64,000 bases of DNA from Candidatus Poribacteria bacterium (GCA_965242965.1 OZ251518.1:3744001-3808000); one strand, 5' to 3'; counted from the stretch's first letter, positions 1 through 10,223 are shown. Notes: generated from the sequence alone by a model not told the origin. A program made the numbers and translations.

Positions 1-239
1 CGGAGGCGATGATTCACGTGATGGATGGCGCGGTGCAGAAACCTTTCTTCGGGCATTACCAAGATAGGAATAAGATCTTAGACGAATTCGCACCCGCTGC
101 CGCGCGGCAACTCATCAACATTGTCGTTTACGCCGTAACGCACGGCGGTATCTCGGATTACAGCAACTATGTCCCAGCGGCGGCACTCTCGGATGATGCA
201 GAACGCATCCCGGAAGCCGCACCGAAGACTCGGTTGTGA
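1..239 (+). CDS. 3' end of a CDS truncated by the window edge, possibly a DUF4159-like protein
   Basis: Open frame ending ...LINIVVYAVTHGG, similar to the C-terminal motif of DUF4159 domains as I recall it; TGA at 237-239. Confidence 0.4.
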   Translation, partial: EAMIHVMDGAVQKPFFGHYQDRNKILDEFAPAAARQLINIVVYAVTHGGISDYSNYVPAAALSDDAERIPEAAPKTRL

Positions 240-327
240 GGAAGATATTTTTGTAGACGAGACATCCTGCGGCATTGAGCCAGGGATGTCTCGCCTCCCG
301 GAGAAAAAGCCAATACGCATCCGATGG

Positions 328-356
328 TTGACAAACTGCAGTGAGCAAGGTATAAT
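328..356 (+). promoter_or_regulatory. Consensus sigma70 promoter for the sulfurtransferase/pterin operon
   Basis: TTGACA (328-333), 17 bp spacer, TATAAT (351-356). Confidence 0.75.
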
Positions 357-360
357 ATAG

Positions 361-927
361 GGAGAGTGTTTCAGAACCGGTAGGAGAGACCTCCTGGTCT
401 CGATGGCTTCGGGTAGGAGAGACCTCCTGGTCTCGATGTTCCCGTAGCGCGGGGCCCCGCGTTGTCTATCGTCAAGCGGTGGCGTTTTAGGTCCGTAGGA
501 CCTTAATGTCTATAGCCCGCGCGCCCGCGAAGAACCCTAAGGTCCTTTAGGTCCTTAATAGATTTTGCCAGGGCCGCGTGTGTTTTTTATTAAGGACCTA
601 AAGGACCTTGACAACGGAACGACACATGCTGCTATAGACATGTAGGTCCTAAAGGACCTAAGAACCGTTTTTTTTCGTATGCGGGGGCCTGTCCCCCGCG
701 AGCATTGGATTGCGCGGACGATGGCGAGGGAAACCCTCTCGGATGCGCGTGTGGCATCCGAGGGCCCAAGCCCTACGATGAAGGGGGGCTTTCTGCCGTC
801 GCGGCCCCGGTAGGCGCGCCGACAGGAAGGCATCGAGACCGGGAGGTCTCTCCTACGGGGACATCGCTTGCTCGGTATTCGCCCCCAACCGGGATAACTA
901 CCGAAACGGATTTATGAAACACCCTGA
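361..927. mobile_element. MITE-like shell carrying GTAG-REP hairpin modules
   Basis: Degenerate TIRs GGAGAGTGTTTCAGA ... TATGAAACACCCTGA; ATATAG duplicated on both flanks (355-360, 928-933); internal GTAG hairpins. Confidence 0.75.
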
Positions 928-960
928 ATATAGTAACAACAAAGGAGACTTAAAACAGCA

Positions 961-1809
961 ATGGCAAATTACGCAAACCCCGATGTCTTGGTAAGCACGG
1001 AATGGGTAGCGCAACACGGCGGCGATGCTGGCATCCGACTGCTTGAAGTGGACGTAGATACGTCCGCTTATGGCGACGGACACATCGCCGGTGCGGTTGG
1101 ACTCAACTGGCAGACGCAGCTCTGTGACCAGGTGCGGCGCGACATTCTCACCAAAGAACAGTTTGAGGCACTCTGCAACGACAGCGGCATCGACAACGAT
1201 ACCACCGTCGTTTTCTACGGCGACAATAATAATTGGTTCGCAACTTACGCATTGTGGCAGTTCCGTTACTATGGGCACGACGAAAGTTTGCTCAAGGTGA
1301 TGAACGGCGGCCGCCAAAAATGGATGGACGAAGGCAGAGCACTCGTCACCGAAGTCCCTGACTATGCAAGCACCGGGTATCGGGCGAAATTTCCTGATGA
1401 CAACGTGCGCGCGACGAAGGACAACATCCTGCCAACGTTGGAACAGGGTGTGATTCACCTCGTAGATGTCCGTTCGCCGGCAGAATTTTCAGGCGAAGTC
1501 ATCGCGCCACCCGGCATGAACGAGACGGCGCAACGCGGCGGACATATCCCCGGCGCGGCGAATATCCCGTGGGCAACCGCTGTCGCCGATGACGGCACCT
1601 TTAAATCCCACGACGAACTGCAGGCAATCTACGGCGGCGCAGGCGTTGACGCGGATAAGGAGACTATCGCATACTGCCGCATCGGCGAACGTTCATCGCA
1701 TACGTGGTTTGTGCTGAAGTATCTGCTCGGTTATGAGAAGGTGCGCAACTACGATGGGAGTTGGACGGAGTGGGGCAATCTTGTCGGCGCGCCCATCGCC
1801 CGCGACTAA
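961..1809 (+). CDS. Thiosulfate/3-mercaptopyruvate sulfurtransferase (tandem rhodanese, CysA/SseA type)
   Basis: GHIAGA and GHIPGA motifs, active-site YCRIGERSS, C-terminal YDGSWTEW signature; AAGGAG ribosome-binding site. Confidence 0.93.
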   Translation: MANYANPDVLVSTEWVAQHGGDAGIRLLEVDVDTSAYGDGHIAGAVGLNWQTQLCDQVRRDILTKEQFEALCNDSGIDNDTTVVFYGDNNNWFATYALWQFRYYGHDESLLKVMNGGRQKWMDEGRALVTEVPDYASTGYRAKFPDDNVRATKDNILPTLEQGVIHLVDVRSPAEFSGEVIAPPGMNETAQRGGHIPGAANIPWATAVADDGTFKSHDELQAIYGGAGVDADKETIAYCRIGERSSHTWFVLKYLLGYEKVRNYDGSWTEWGNLVGAPIARD

Positions 1810-1880
1810 ACTTGGAATTGTAAGGGCGGCCATGGCTGCGAGCGGCTATATCCGCCCACCAACACGCGACACATTGAATT

Positions 1881-2165
1881 ATGCCGAAATTCCTCACGAC
1901 ACACGCCATCGCTTGCATGACGCGCCAAGATGTCGCGCGCTTGCTAAAACGTTTCCGCGAAGCGGAAACCACCGAAGTCAGGAACATCCGAATGCTTTGC
2001 GATACACTCTCCGGACGGCTCGTCTGCGAGTGGGAAGCCCGCGACCGGACAACCCTGATAGCGTGGTTGAAAACGTGCAACGTGCAACTGCGCGGCACCG
2101 GCGAATGGCTCATGACGGTGCAATATGAATCGGTTGGCGATGAACTGAAAGCACCCAGAACGTAG
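1881..2165 (+). CDS. Small hypothetical protein, DUF4242-like
   Basis: 94-aa ORF in operon position; MPKFLTTH...CEWEA pattern. Confidence 0.55.
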   Translation: MPKFLTTHAIACMTRQDVARLLKRFREAETTEVRNIRMLCDTLSGRLVCEWEARDRTTLIAWLKTCNVQLRGTGEWLMTVQYESVGDELKAPRT

Positions 2166-2233
2166 TTCGTCAACGAAGATGACAGCTGCATTGCAAGGCA
2201 ACCTTTATTGAACGCCTTGCGCCAATACAAAAA

Positions 2234-3061
2234 ATGTATTACTTAACCCGGCAGACTGCTTTTGAAGCCTCGCACTACAACCGCATTCCCGAACTGAGCG
2301 ACGCTGAGAATTACGCGCTATTCGGGGCCGCCGCGAATCCGAATAGCCACGGACACAACTACGTGCTTGAGGTGATGCTGAAAGGCGAACTTGAAGCGGA
2401 CAACGGGATGGTTATCAATTTGGTGACGTTAGACGCGTTGTTGAAGGAAGAGGTGCTCGCACACTATGATCATCGGCATTTGAACCTTCAACACCCGGTG
2501 TTCTCACGCAACCCGCAGTTGCAACCGACAGACGAAAACATCGCCATGGAGATTTGGGGGCGGCTGGTTCCGTCTCTCCCAGACGGCTTGCTGCATCGGG
2601 TGCGCCTGTATTCACAGACAACGCAATTCGCTGACTATTATGGAGAAGGACTGATGGTTTACCTCACCAAAGTCTACGAGTTTAGTGCCGCGCATCGCCT
2701 GCACAGCCACGTCCTCAGCGATGCCGAAAACCGCGACATCTTCGGGAAGTGCAACAATCCGGCGGGGCACGGCCATAACTACGTCATGGAAGTCACCGTT
2801 AAGGGCGACGTAGATGCGAAAACGGGGCTCGTCGCGAGGCTGAATCTGCTTGACGAAGCGGTGGAAACCCAGGTCTACGCGCGGTTTGACTACAAGCATC
2901 TCAATCTGGATACGCCAGAATTTGAGACGCTCAACCCTACTTCGGAGAACTTCGTGAAAGTGTTGTGGGATGCGCTGGAACCCGCGGTGGCACCAGTCTC
3001 CTTACACCGCATCCGTTTGCGCGAAACTCCGAAAAATCATTTTGACTATTACGGTGAATAG
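2234..3061 (+). CDS. Tandem-domain 6-pyruvoyl-tetrahydropterin synthase (PTPS/QueD family)
   Basis: Two T-fold domains, each with HGHNY; the second has HRLH...GKCNNPAGHGHNY, PTSEN and RETP. Confidence 0.9.
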   Translation: MYYLTRQTAFEASHYNRIPELSDAENYALFGAAANPNSHGHNYVLEVMLKGELEADNGMVINLVTLDALLKEEVLAHYDHRHLNLQHPVFSRNPQLQPTDENIAMEIWGRLVPSLPDGLLHRVRLYSQTTQFADYYGEGLMVYLTKVYEFSAAHRLHSHVLSDAENRDIFGKCNNPAGHGHNYVMEVTVKGDVDAKTGLVARLNLLDEAVETQVYARFDYKHLNLDTPEFETLNPTSENFVKVLWDALEPAVAPVSLHRIRLRETPKNHFDYYGE

Positions 3062-3124
3062 AGATGGAGACGCATTTTGCTTGCGTAGCGCGAGTGCCGG
3101 TGTGCCGGGGCTGCGCCGATAGCT

Positions 3125-3706
3125 ATGAAAAATAAACAGCATAACGAGACAGCAGAATTAGAGGGGCTCTTCACGCGGATTCTCGAAAATCTGGGTGAAG
3201 ACCCGGGCCGCCAAGGCTTAGTGAACACGCCGCTGCGCGCCGCGAAAGCGATGCAATTTTTGACGAGCGGCTACCACCAAGACATTGACATACTCTTGAA
3301 CAACGCGGTATTTGACGAGGACTACGACGAAATGGTGATTGTCAAAGACATCGAATTTTACAGTCTTTGCGAGCACCACATCCTCCCGTTTTGGGGGAGA
3401 TGTCACGTCGGTTATATTCCGCGGAAACGGATTATCGGGTTGAGCAAAATTCCGCGCATCGTGGATATGTTTTCACGACGGCTGCAAGTGCAGGAACGGC
3501 TCACCCGCGAGATTGCCGAGGCGTTGGAAAACACCTTGGACCCGCAGGGTGTCGCCGTCGTCATGGAGGGGCAACACCTGTGCATGATGGCACGCGGCGT
3601 GGAGAAGCAGGCACCGAAGATGACGACGAATGTCATGCGCGGTATTTTTCGGGCGAATGATTCTACCCGTTCCGAATTTCTGAAATGCATCCAAAGTGGG
3701 ACGTAG
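3125..3706 (+). CDS. folE: GTP cyclohydrolase I
   Basis: [36 protein letters not shown]. Confidence 0.97.
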   Translation: MKNKQHNETAELEGLFTRILENLGEDPGRQGLVNTPLRAAKAMQFLTSGYHQDIDILLNNAVFDEDYDEMVIVKDIEFYSLCEHHILPFWGRCHVGYIPRKRIIGLSKIPRIVDMFSRRLQVQERLTREIAEALENTLDPQGVAVVMEGQHLCMMARGVEKQAPKMTTNVMRGIFRANDSTRSEFLKCIQSGT

Positions 3707-3745
3707 CGCGAGGCACCTGAGCACCGCGTGAGGAAAGGCAAAACC

Positions 3746-4486
3746 ATGAAGAACCCGGCTATAGAACTCGAACCGCTTGAGGGAAAGGTGGCAGTCATTA
3801 CCGGTGCGTCGCGAGGCATCGGCAGGGCGACAGCGCGCGCTTTCGCTGCGGCAGGCGCGAAGTTGGTGCTCGCCGCACGCACGCCGGACGATGTTGAGAA
3901 CGTCGCCGCGCAACTCCGACAGGAAGGCGTTACGGTGCTAGCCGTTCCTACCGATGTCACGCAAGTAGACGCTGTGGCGAGGCTTTTCCAACGGACGCTG
4001 GATGCGTATCAACGGGTGGATATTTTGGTGAACAACGCCGGAAGCGGCCGCTTCGGCCCCGTGGTGGATTTCACGCCAAGCGATTGGGACAGCGTTCTCG
4101 ATTCCAACTTGAAAGGCGTTTTTCTCTGTGCGAAACTTGCGCTACCGGCAATGTTCGCGCAAGGCAGTGGGCACATTGTCAACGTGCTTTCCATTGCGGC
4201 GCGGGAGCCTTTTGCAGCATCTAGCGCGTATTGCGCGGCGAAGGCGGGCGCGCTCGCTTTCACAAAGGTGTTAGCTGCGGAAGTGCGGCAACATCACATT
4301 CGAGTTACGGCAGTGCTTCCCGGTTCAGTGCATACCTCGTTTTGGGATGAGAATTCGGAGCATCCCGACTTTGAGGCGATGCTGAAACCGGAGCATGTTG
4401 CTGCGGCGATTGTCTCTGTCTGTCAACAACCGCTGCAGATGGTTACCGATGAGATTGTGGTGATGCCGCCACTCGGCATCTTGTGA
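3746..4486 (+). CDS. SDR-family oxidoreductase, probable sepiapterin reductase
   Basis: TGASRGIG, NNAG and YCAAK motifs; lies directly after PTPS and folE. SDR call is firm, substrate is inferred. Confidence 0.8.
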   Translation: MKNPAIELEPLEGKVAVITGASRGIGRATARAFAAAGAKLVLAARTPDDVENVAAQLRQEGVTVLAVPTDVTQVDAVARLFQRTLDAYQRVDILVNNAGSGRFGPVVDFTPSDWDSVLDSNLKGVFLCAKLALPAMFAQGSGHIVNVLSIAAREPFAASSAYCAAKAGALAFTKVLAAEVRQHHIRVTAVLPGSVHTSFWDENSEHPDFEAMLKPEHVAAAIVSVCQQPLQMVTDEIVVMPPLGIL

Positions 4487-4495
4487 ATCAAACCG

Positions 4496-5815
4496 CTATG
4501 AAAACCGTCCCAACCGCCGCCGAATACGAATTTCTCTGATGGCGCGCGCATCCGCATCGGTAATGGTGATGACAGCATCGCCCAACTCCAAGGCTGTCCC
4601 CGTTTTGGGAATCGTGCCAGTCCGTTCGAGGATATAGCCAGCGACTGTTTCATAATCACCTTCGGGAATAGACAACTCGTAGTGCTCTCTCAAGATAGCC
4701 ACCTCGGCTCTGCCATCACATTCAAGGGTTCGTGTGTTAAGAACGCGGATGAAATCGGGTCCGTCGCGTTCATCGGCGAACTCGCCGACGATTTCTTCAA
4801 CCAGGTCCTCCACAGTCGCGAGCCCGACGATGCCGCCGTATTCGTCCACGGCGAATACCATCGTGTGTCGGCTCTCTTGAATTTCTTGGAGGAGCGCGTT
4901 GATGTTTTTCGATTCCGGCACGAAGTGCAAGTCGGTGCGGATAAACGGTGCTATTGTCGCCGGTTGGTTATCGGCATAGATAACATCAAGGAGGTGGACG
5001 ATGCCGATGAAGTTATGGCTCTGTTCTTCGTAAACCGGAATGCGCGAGAAGCCGGCATCTGCCGCGGTTTGTAAAAAATCTGCGTAGGTTGTGTTTTTTT
5101 CTATTGCGATGATGTCCACGAGAGGCACCATCACTTGGGCAACTGTGCGATGCTGCAGGTCCAACAGACTGTGGATCATCCGTCGCTGGTGGGTTAGGAG
5201 ATTACCCGATTTTTCGCCCATAGTCGCTAACAGCCGCAGTTCTTCGCGCTGTGCATCGGGGCTCGGCGCGCTTGCATGTCTGTCACCGATTTTGACGATG
5301 AGGCGCGATACCGTTTGCACAACGGAGATAATCGGGGCTAAAATCAGTTCGGAGAACCGCAACGGATAGGCATAACGGATAGCCAAACTATCGGCCTTGA
5401 CACGAAAGATGGTTTTAGGTAAAATCTCACCAAAGATCAGGAGGAGGATGGTAATGCCAACCGTAGCGATGAGCCCTTGAAGGCTTTCCGTGAGGTTCGG
5501 CAGTGCGCCAGCCGTCAGCCTCTCCCCGAATTGGGCGATGAGGACATTCGCAAGGTTTGTGCCGACGAGCGTGAGTGCCAGCATCCTTTCGGGCGATTCA
5601 ATCAGCCGGTGGATAATTTTGGCTTTCGCGTCACCGGTGTCAACACGTTGGTGCATCCGAATTTTGTTGACAGAGACGAGTGCCGTTTCTGAGCCGGAGT
5701 AAAACGCCGATAGCGCGAGGCAAATCAGTATCGCGATGGACAACGAAACGAACACTGCTAGTTGTGCTGAACCGTCTGCGCCTATGAGAAAAAGGGATAG
5801 GAGAAGAATTTTCAA
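4496..5815 (-). CDS. CNNM (DUF21)-CBS-CorC 'hemolysin family' membrane protein
   Basis: SGSETAL, FGEILPK, FSRIPVY, VDEYGG...EDLVEEIVGE and a CorC_HlyC tail. Confidence 0.92.
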   Translation of the reverse strand: MKILLLSLFLIGADGSAQLAVFVSLSIAILICLALSAFYSGSETALVSVNKIRMHQRVDTGDAKAKIIHRLIESPERMLALTLVGTNLANVLIAQFGERLTAGALPNLTESLQGLIATVGITILLLIFGEILPKTIFRVKADSLAIRYAYPLRFSELILAPIISVVQTVSRLIVKIGDRHASAPSPDAQREELRLLATMGEKSGNLLTHQRRMIHSLLDLQHRTVAQVMVPLVDIIAIEKNTTYADFLQTAADAGFSRIPVYEEQSHNFIGIVHLLDVIYADNQPATIAPFIRTDLHFVPESKNINALLQEIQESRHTMVFAVDEYGGIVGLATVEDLVEEIVGEFADERDGPDFIRVLNTRTLECDGRAEVAILREHYELSIPEGDYETVAGYILERTGTIPKTGTALELGDAVITITDADARAIREIRIRRRLGRFS

Positions 5816-5824
5816 GTTTTTCCT

Positions 5825-7156
5825 CTACGACTGCGAACCTTTGGCACGAATAAACAGCCGCGTGATGAAGTTCCCGTCAATGTCCGTGATTTCAAATTCA
5901 AGTCCGTTATCGTCAACGGACGATTCACCGACGGCGGGGATGCGTCCGAAGAGCCCGAAGGCGTAACCGCCGATGGTATCGGCACCTTCTTCGCTCAGTT
6001 TGAGTCCAAACTGTTGGTTGAGTTCACGGACGCTCACGCGTCCGGAAGTCTCTAACGACAGCGGTTCTTCGGTGTGTTGGATATAGAGAAATTCAGCGGG
6101 CATGTCGTGTTCATCGACGATGTCGCCGACAACCTGCTCGATGATATCCTCAGTAGTGACGATGCCGGAAACGCCGCCGTATTCATCAAGGAGAATCGCC
6201 ATTTTGGTTTTTTCGCGAGCCAGTTGCGGCAGCACCATGCCGATTTTTCGGGTTTCAGGCACCCGAATCGGTTCACGGATGAGCGGTGCGCTGAGTGCCT
6301 GCGGTTGCGCCTCCCGCATTGCGAGGAACGCTTCAAGCGTCAGCGACTCCAACTCCAAATGTGGCCACTGCGCCAGGTCCTTCACGTAGAAGATGCCGCA
6401 GATATTGTCAATCTGTTCTTGATAGACAGGGATGCGTGAGAACCCGGATTCCTTCGCGCGACTCAAAGTGGCGTGAAGTGTCTCGGAAGTCGGTACGGCG
6501 ATGACAGCGGTTCGTGGCACCATAATTTCTTTCGCTTCAATGTCGCGCAATTGCAGGATATTCATGACAATTTCGCGTTCATCAGGCGGGAGTGCTTCTT
6601 CGTGATAGGTATCAACGATGTTTTGAAAATCCGTTGCAGTCAGCTGTTCACTGGGTGCGAAGTTGCCGCCGAATATGGGCGCGAGGATGTCAATAATCTT
6701 GCGCAAAACGGCGCGCACCGGCGTAATCACAACGGAGAAGCCCCACAGCGGGGGTGCTGTCCATGATGCAAAGGGTTCGGCGTATTTAATCGCGAATGTC
6801 TTCGGTGCCAGTTCGCCGAAAATGAGCATCAGGAGCACGCTGAACGTCGTCGCCGCGGCCAGTTGGATGACTTCGGTGTATGCCGGGTGCGGTAGCACGC
6901 GTCGGATTACCCACAGCATGAGGATGGCGAACGCGACGTTGACGAGGTTATTACCGAGCAACACGGTAATAAACAACCGACGCGGGTTGTCAACGAAGTT
7001 CACAATCGCTGTTGAACCGCGCTTTTTGAGACGAAGCCGCTCGATTTGCACCCGAGTCAACGCGCACAACGCCGTTTCGGAACCGGAGAAAAATCCGGAC
7101 AGCATGAGTAGCCCGACTAAACTGAGCAGATAGGGGAGTAGTGGAACAACTTCCAT
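5825..7156 (-). CDS. CNNM (DUF21)-CBS-CorC 'hemolysin family' membrane protein, paralog
   Basis: Same motif set (SGSETAL, FGELAPK, FSRIPVY, DEYGG); start placed at ATG 7156. Confidence 0.92.
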   Translation of the reverse strand: MEVVPLLPYLLSLVGLLMLSGFFSGSETALCALTRVQIERLRLKKRGSTAIVNFVDNPRRLFITVLLGNNLVNVAFAILMLWVIRRVLPHPAYTEVIQLAAATTFSVLLMLIFGELAPKTFAIKYAEPFASWTAPPLWGFSVVITPVRAVLRKIIDILAPIFGGNFAPSEQLTATDFQNIVDTYHEEALPPDEREIVMNILQLRDIEAKEIMVPRTAVIAVPTSETLHATLSRAKESGFSRIPVYQEQIDNICGIFYVKDLAQWPHLELESLTLEAFLAMREAQPQALSAPLIREPIRVPETRKIGMVLPQLAREKTKMAILLDEYGGVSGIVTTEDIIEQVVGDIVDEHDMPAEFLYIQHTEEPLSLETSGRVSVRELNQQFGLKLSEEGADTIGGYAFGLFGRIPAVGESSVDDNGLEFEITDIDGNFITRLFIRAKGSQS

Positions 7157-7305
7157 GTTTTTTGAACCTACGGGAGACTTATGAGGGTTGCTGCGGCTGC
7201 CCAAGCCTTTTTGGCGACAATGAGTTGACAGTGACGCGCAACCGTCCGTTAGGATAACTATCTTTTTAAATCATAACATATTCGCAAACGGATTGCAAGA
7301 AAAAA

Positions 7306-7950
7306 ATGATGACAAAATTAGAACAGATGCAGTGCATCGAGGCGTGCGGCATTATTGCCATCATTCGTGCCAATAGCGCGAACGAACTCATGAAAGCCGC
7401 CGAGGCGATTCACGCCGGTGGTGTTAACGTTATTGAAGTGACGATGACAACGCCGAATGCGTTACAAGTTATCGGCGATGTTGCCGCGGCACACGGCGAT
7501 GCTATCCTTGTCGGTGCCGGTTCCGTGCTTGATGCTGCAACGGCGCGCGCCGTGATACTCGCCGGCGCGGAGTTCATCGTCAGTCCTGTCACCAAACCGG
7601 ATGTGATTGACGTGTGCAACCGGTACGGCAAAGTCGTTATGCCAGGCGCGTTTACGCCGACAGAGATTTTGGCGGCGTGGGAGAACGGCGCAGATTACGT
7701 CAAGGTGTTTCCCGCAGGGGCAGTCGGTGCCGCCTACATCAAAGATGTGAAGGCACCGCTGCCGCAGATTCCCCTCGTGCCGACAGGCGGCATCAACGCC
7801 GAGAACGCCGCCGAGTTCCTCGCCGCGGGTGCCACTGCATTAGGTGTCGGAAGTGCGCTGGTGGAGAATCGCCTCATTGAAGCCGGCGCATTCAACGTGC
7901 TTACCGAACGCGCACAAAAATTGGTAGCCGCTGTGCAATCCGCGCGGTAA
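7306..7950 (+). CDS. eda: KDPG/KHG aldolase
   Basis: IEVTMTTP, GAGSVLD, PGAFTPTEI, VKVFPA, PTGGI. Confidence 0.93.
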   Translation: MMTKLEQMQCIEACGIIAIIRANSANELMKAAEAIHAGGVNVIEVTMTTPNALQVIGDVAAAHGDAILVGAGSVLDAATARAVILAGAEFIVSPVTKPDVIDVCNRYGKVVMPGAFTPTEILAAWENGADYVKVFPAGAVGAAYIKDVKAPLPQIPLVPTGGINAENAAEFLAAGATALGVGSALVENRLIEAGAFNVLTERAQKLVAAVQSAR

Positions 7951-7972
7951 ACGGCGGCAATCGTGAATTTTC

Positions 7973-8001
7973 TTGACAATTCATCGCGTTTTTGCTAATG
8001 T
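7973..8001 (+). promoter_or_regulatory. sigma70-type promoter upstream of the kinase
   Basis: TTGACA, 17 bp spacer, TGc-TAATGT. Confidence 0.55.
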
Positions 8002-8069
8002 TAACGCAACGGGTAGCAAGTCTGGTTACGAAAGAACACTTCCCTCAATCTTTAATCTAGCGAGTCACC

Positions 8070-10049
8070 ATGAAGGTTAACGAACAAATCTTAGGCAAAT
8101 ACAAGATAGTGGAGGTTCTGGGTAGCGGGAGTTTTTCTACCGTCTATCGCGCAGACGAGGAGATGACCGGACGTGCTGTCGCAATCAAGGCCCTAGATGA
8201 AGCCCCTTATTTAGAGGGACGCATGAAGTATCTCCACAACGAGATTCGCGCAATGTCAAAGATTTGGGGACACCCCAACATCGTCTCGATTCATACCGTT
8301 GAGCCCCGCCACGATAAGTATATAGCGTTGATTGTCATGGAATATGTTGAGGGGAAAAGCCTGCACGAGTTGATGCAGAACGGCGCGCTGAACATGAAGG
8401 AGGCACTCAATATCGGCCTTGATATCTGTTGCGGGTTAAAAATGGCGCATTCCGAAAAGATTCTGCACCGCGACCTGAAACCGGAGAACATACTGCTCAC
8501 TGCGGAGAACCAGGCGAAAGTCGCTGATTTCGGCATCGCGCGCACGCTCAGCGATGCCACCGCATTCGCGGGGACGGTGACGGGCACCCGACGGTATATG
8601 GCCCCCGAGCAGAGCTTCGGTGAGTATGACTTTCGCGTAGATCTTTATGCTACCGGTTTAATCATCTATCAGGCAGTAACCGGTCGCTTTCCGTTTTCTG
8701 CGGAGAAGGAGGATATGGATAAGCAGAAAGCCGGCGGCGAGATTGAAGATTTGGAGGTGTGTCCTGAACCGTTGCAAGATTTTTTCCAGAAGGCCCTCCA
8801 TCACGAGCCGGATGCGCGTTACCAGACAGCCGATGAGATGTATGATGCGTTGAGCGGGATTCAGCAGAGTGAATACATCAAGTATGCCACGTCACTCATT
8901 AACGAGGCAACCAGCGGGCGGCGGAAAACGTCGCTTGCGGGTGCCCTTGAGCGTGGTAGAAAAACCTTCCGCCTCTCGCGTGAGGAGGCGGAGCGGATTA
9001 ACCAAAATCTCTTTTACAAACACCAGCGCGGAGAATTAAACCACAAAAGAGAGAAGTTGGTAGCGCAGCTCACCCAATTTTACGATGAGGCGGCTCAGCG
9101 TGCGCATGCGTATGAATATCGGCGCGTTATTTCGGAAGTCCACAAGGCAAATCGTCTCTGTCTGAAGGAATATGTCCCGCAAAACGACGATGCCGACGGT
9201 GACGCTACGCTCCTTGAAAAGGTGGATGACGTTTTCCATCACCTCAGTGCCTGGGAGAACCTGTCAAACGCGAACGCACCGACGGTGGATAGCGTTATTG
9301 AACTCATCCATAAATTGCCGACGAACGAAGAGGCACTCCTCAAGGCATGGTTGGAGGGTGAAGACGCGCCTATGACAGCGGCACCTGTCCCGCCACCGCC
9401 AATTCAACCCGTTGAAAGGGCTGCCAGCAGTTACCGTCTATTGATGGAGGATGCTTCGCCGGAGTTTCTGTTGGATAAAATCCACGGCGATATCCAATAT
9501 CCGCATGAGCGCGAGGCACTTCGCATCTACCAGAAAGCCATCATTTGTATGCAACAGGAACGGGAGCGGCAGGCACGTGCGCACTATCGGAAACTCGGCG
9601 CGTTTTATCAGAAACAGGCGCACATTTTCGGGAAAGAGAACGACGCTATGGAGCTCGTCGCCAACTGTTATACGCGGGCACGGTTCGCTTACACCGCGGC
9701 AAATAAACAGCGCACCGCCAAAAGGAATGCCAGAAATGGCGGTGTCTACTACTCGCGCCTCGCACGGCGGCTTGAACTGCAGCGGGCTTGGGTGGAAGCA
9801 GGGAAATCTTATGTCCTCTCGGCGGACAATTATTCCTACGCCAAGCAGGACGCGCAAGTGGAAGAATGCTGCGCCGCCGCAACCGTCTGTTATTTCAACG
9901 CAGCGGATAGTGCCTACCTCCAAGGCGATTTGCAAACCGCCTACGACTTTTGCATGTTGATTTTGGCCATCGGCGAGAAATTGCAAACACCCACGAAAGC
10001 CGTGATTGAGACGGAGAAACTCCTCGCCGAAATCCCAGTACGGGATTGA
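8070..10049 (+). CDS. Hanks-type Ser/Thr protein kinase with a long soluble helical C-terminus
   Basis: LGSGSFSTVY, VAIK, HRDLKPEN, DFG, YMAPE; no obvious transmembrane segment. Confidence 0.92.
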   Translation: MKVNEQILGKYKIVEVLGSGSFSTVYRADEEMTGRAVAIKALDEAPYLEGRMKYLHNEIRAMSKIWGHPNIVSIHTVEPRHDKYIALIVMEYVEGKSLHELMQNGALNMKEALNIGLDICCGLKMAHSEKILHRDLKPENILLTAENQAKVADFGIARTLSDATAFAGTVTGTRRYMAPEQSFGEYDFRVDLYATGLIIYQAVTGRFPFSAEKEDMDKQKAGGEIEDLEVCPEPLQDFFQKALHHEPDARYQTADEMYDALSGIQQSEYIKYATSLINEATSGRRKTSLAGALERGRKTFRLSREEAERINQNLFYKHQRGELNHKREKLVAQLTQFYDEAAQRAHAYEYRRVISEVHKANRLCLKEYVPQNDDADGDATLLEKVDDVFHHLSAWENLSNANAPTVDSVIELIHKLPTNEEALLKAWLEGEDAPMTAAPVPPPPIQPVERAASSYRLLMEDASPEFLLDKIHGDIQYPHEREALRIYQKAIICMQQERERQARAHYRKLGAFYQKQAHIFGKENDAMELVANCYTRARFAYTAANKQRTAKRNARNGGVYYSRLARRLELQRAWVEAGKSYVLSADNYSYAKQDAQVEECCAAATVCYFNAADSAYLQGDLQTAYDFCMLILAIGEKLQTPTKAVIETEKLLAEIPVRD

Positions 10050-10205
10050 GGGTGTTTCATAACTCGCTCAACATCGCGGTGACGGGCCCCGCGATAGAGA
10101 AAAAAAGGGACGTGTCGGTAGGCGCGCCGGGTCTTGATGCCTTCGGGTAGGCGAGACCTCCTGGTCTCGATTCCCTCTGGGTAGGCGAGACCTCCTGGTC
10201 TCGAT
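10047..10205. repeat. Partial MITE-like/REP cluster (left TIR only)
   Basis: TGAGGGTGTTTCATA begins at the kinase stop codon; GTAGGCGAGACCTCCTGGTCTCGAT occurs twice. Confidence 0.7.
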
Positions 10206-10223
10206 TTTGCTGAAGTGATAAAA

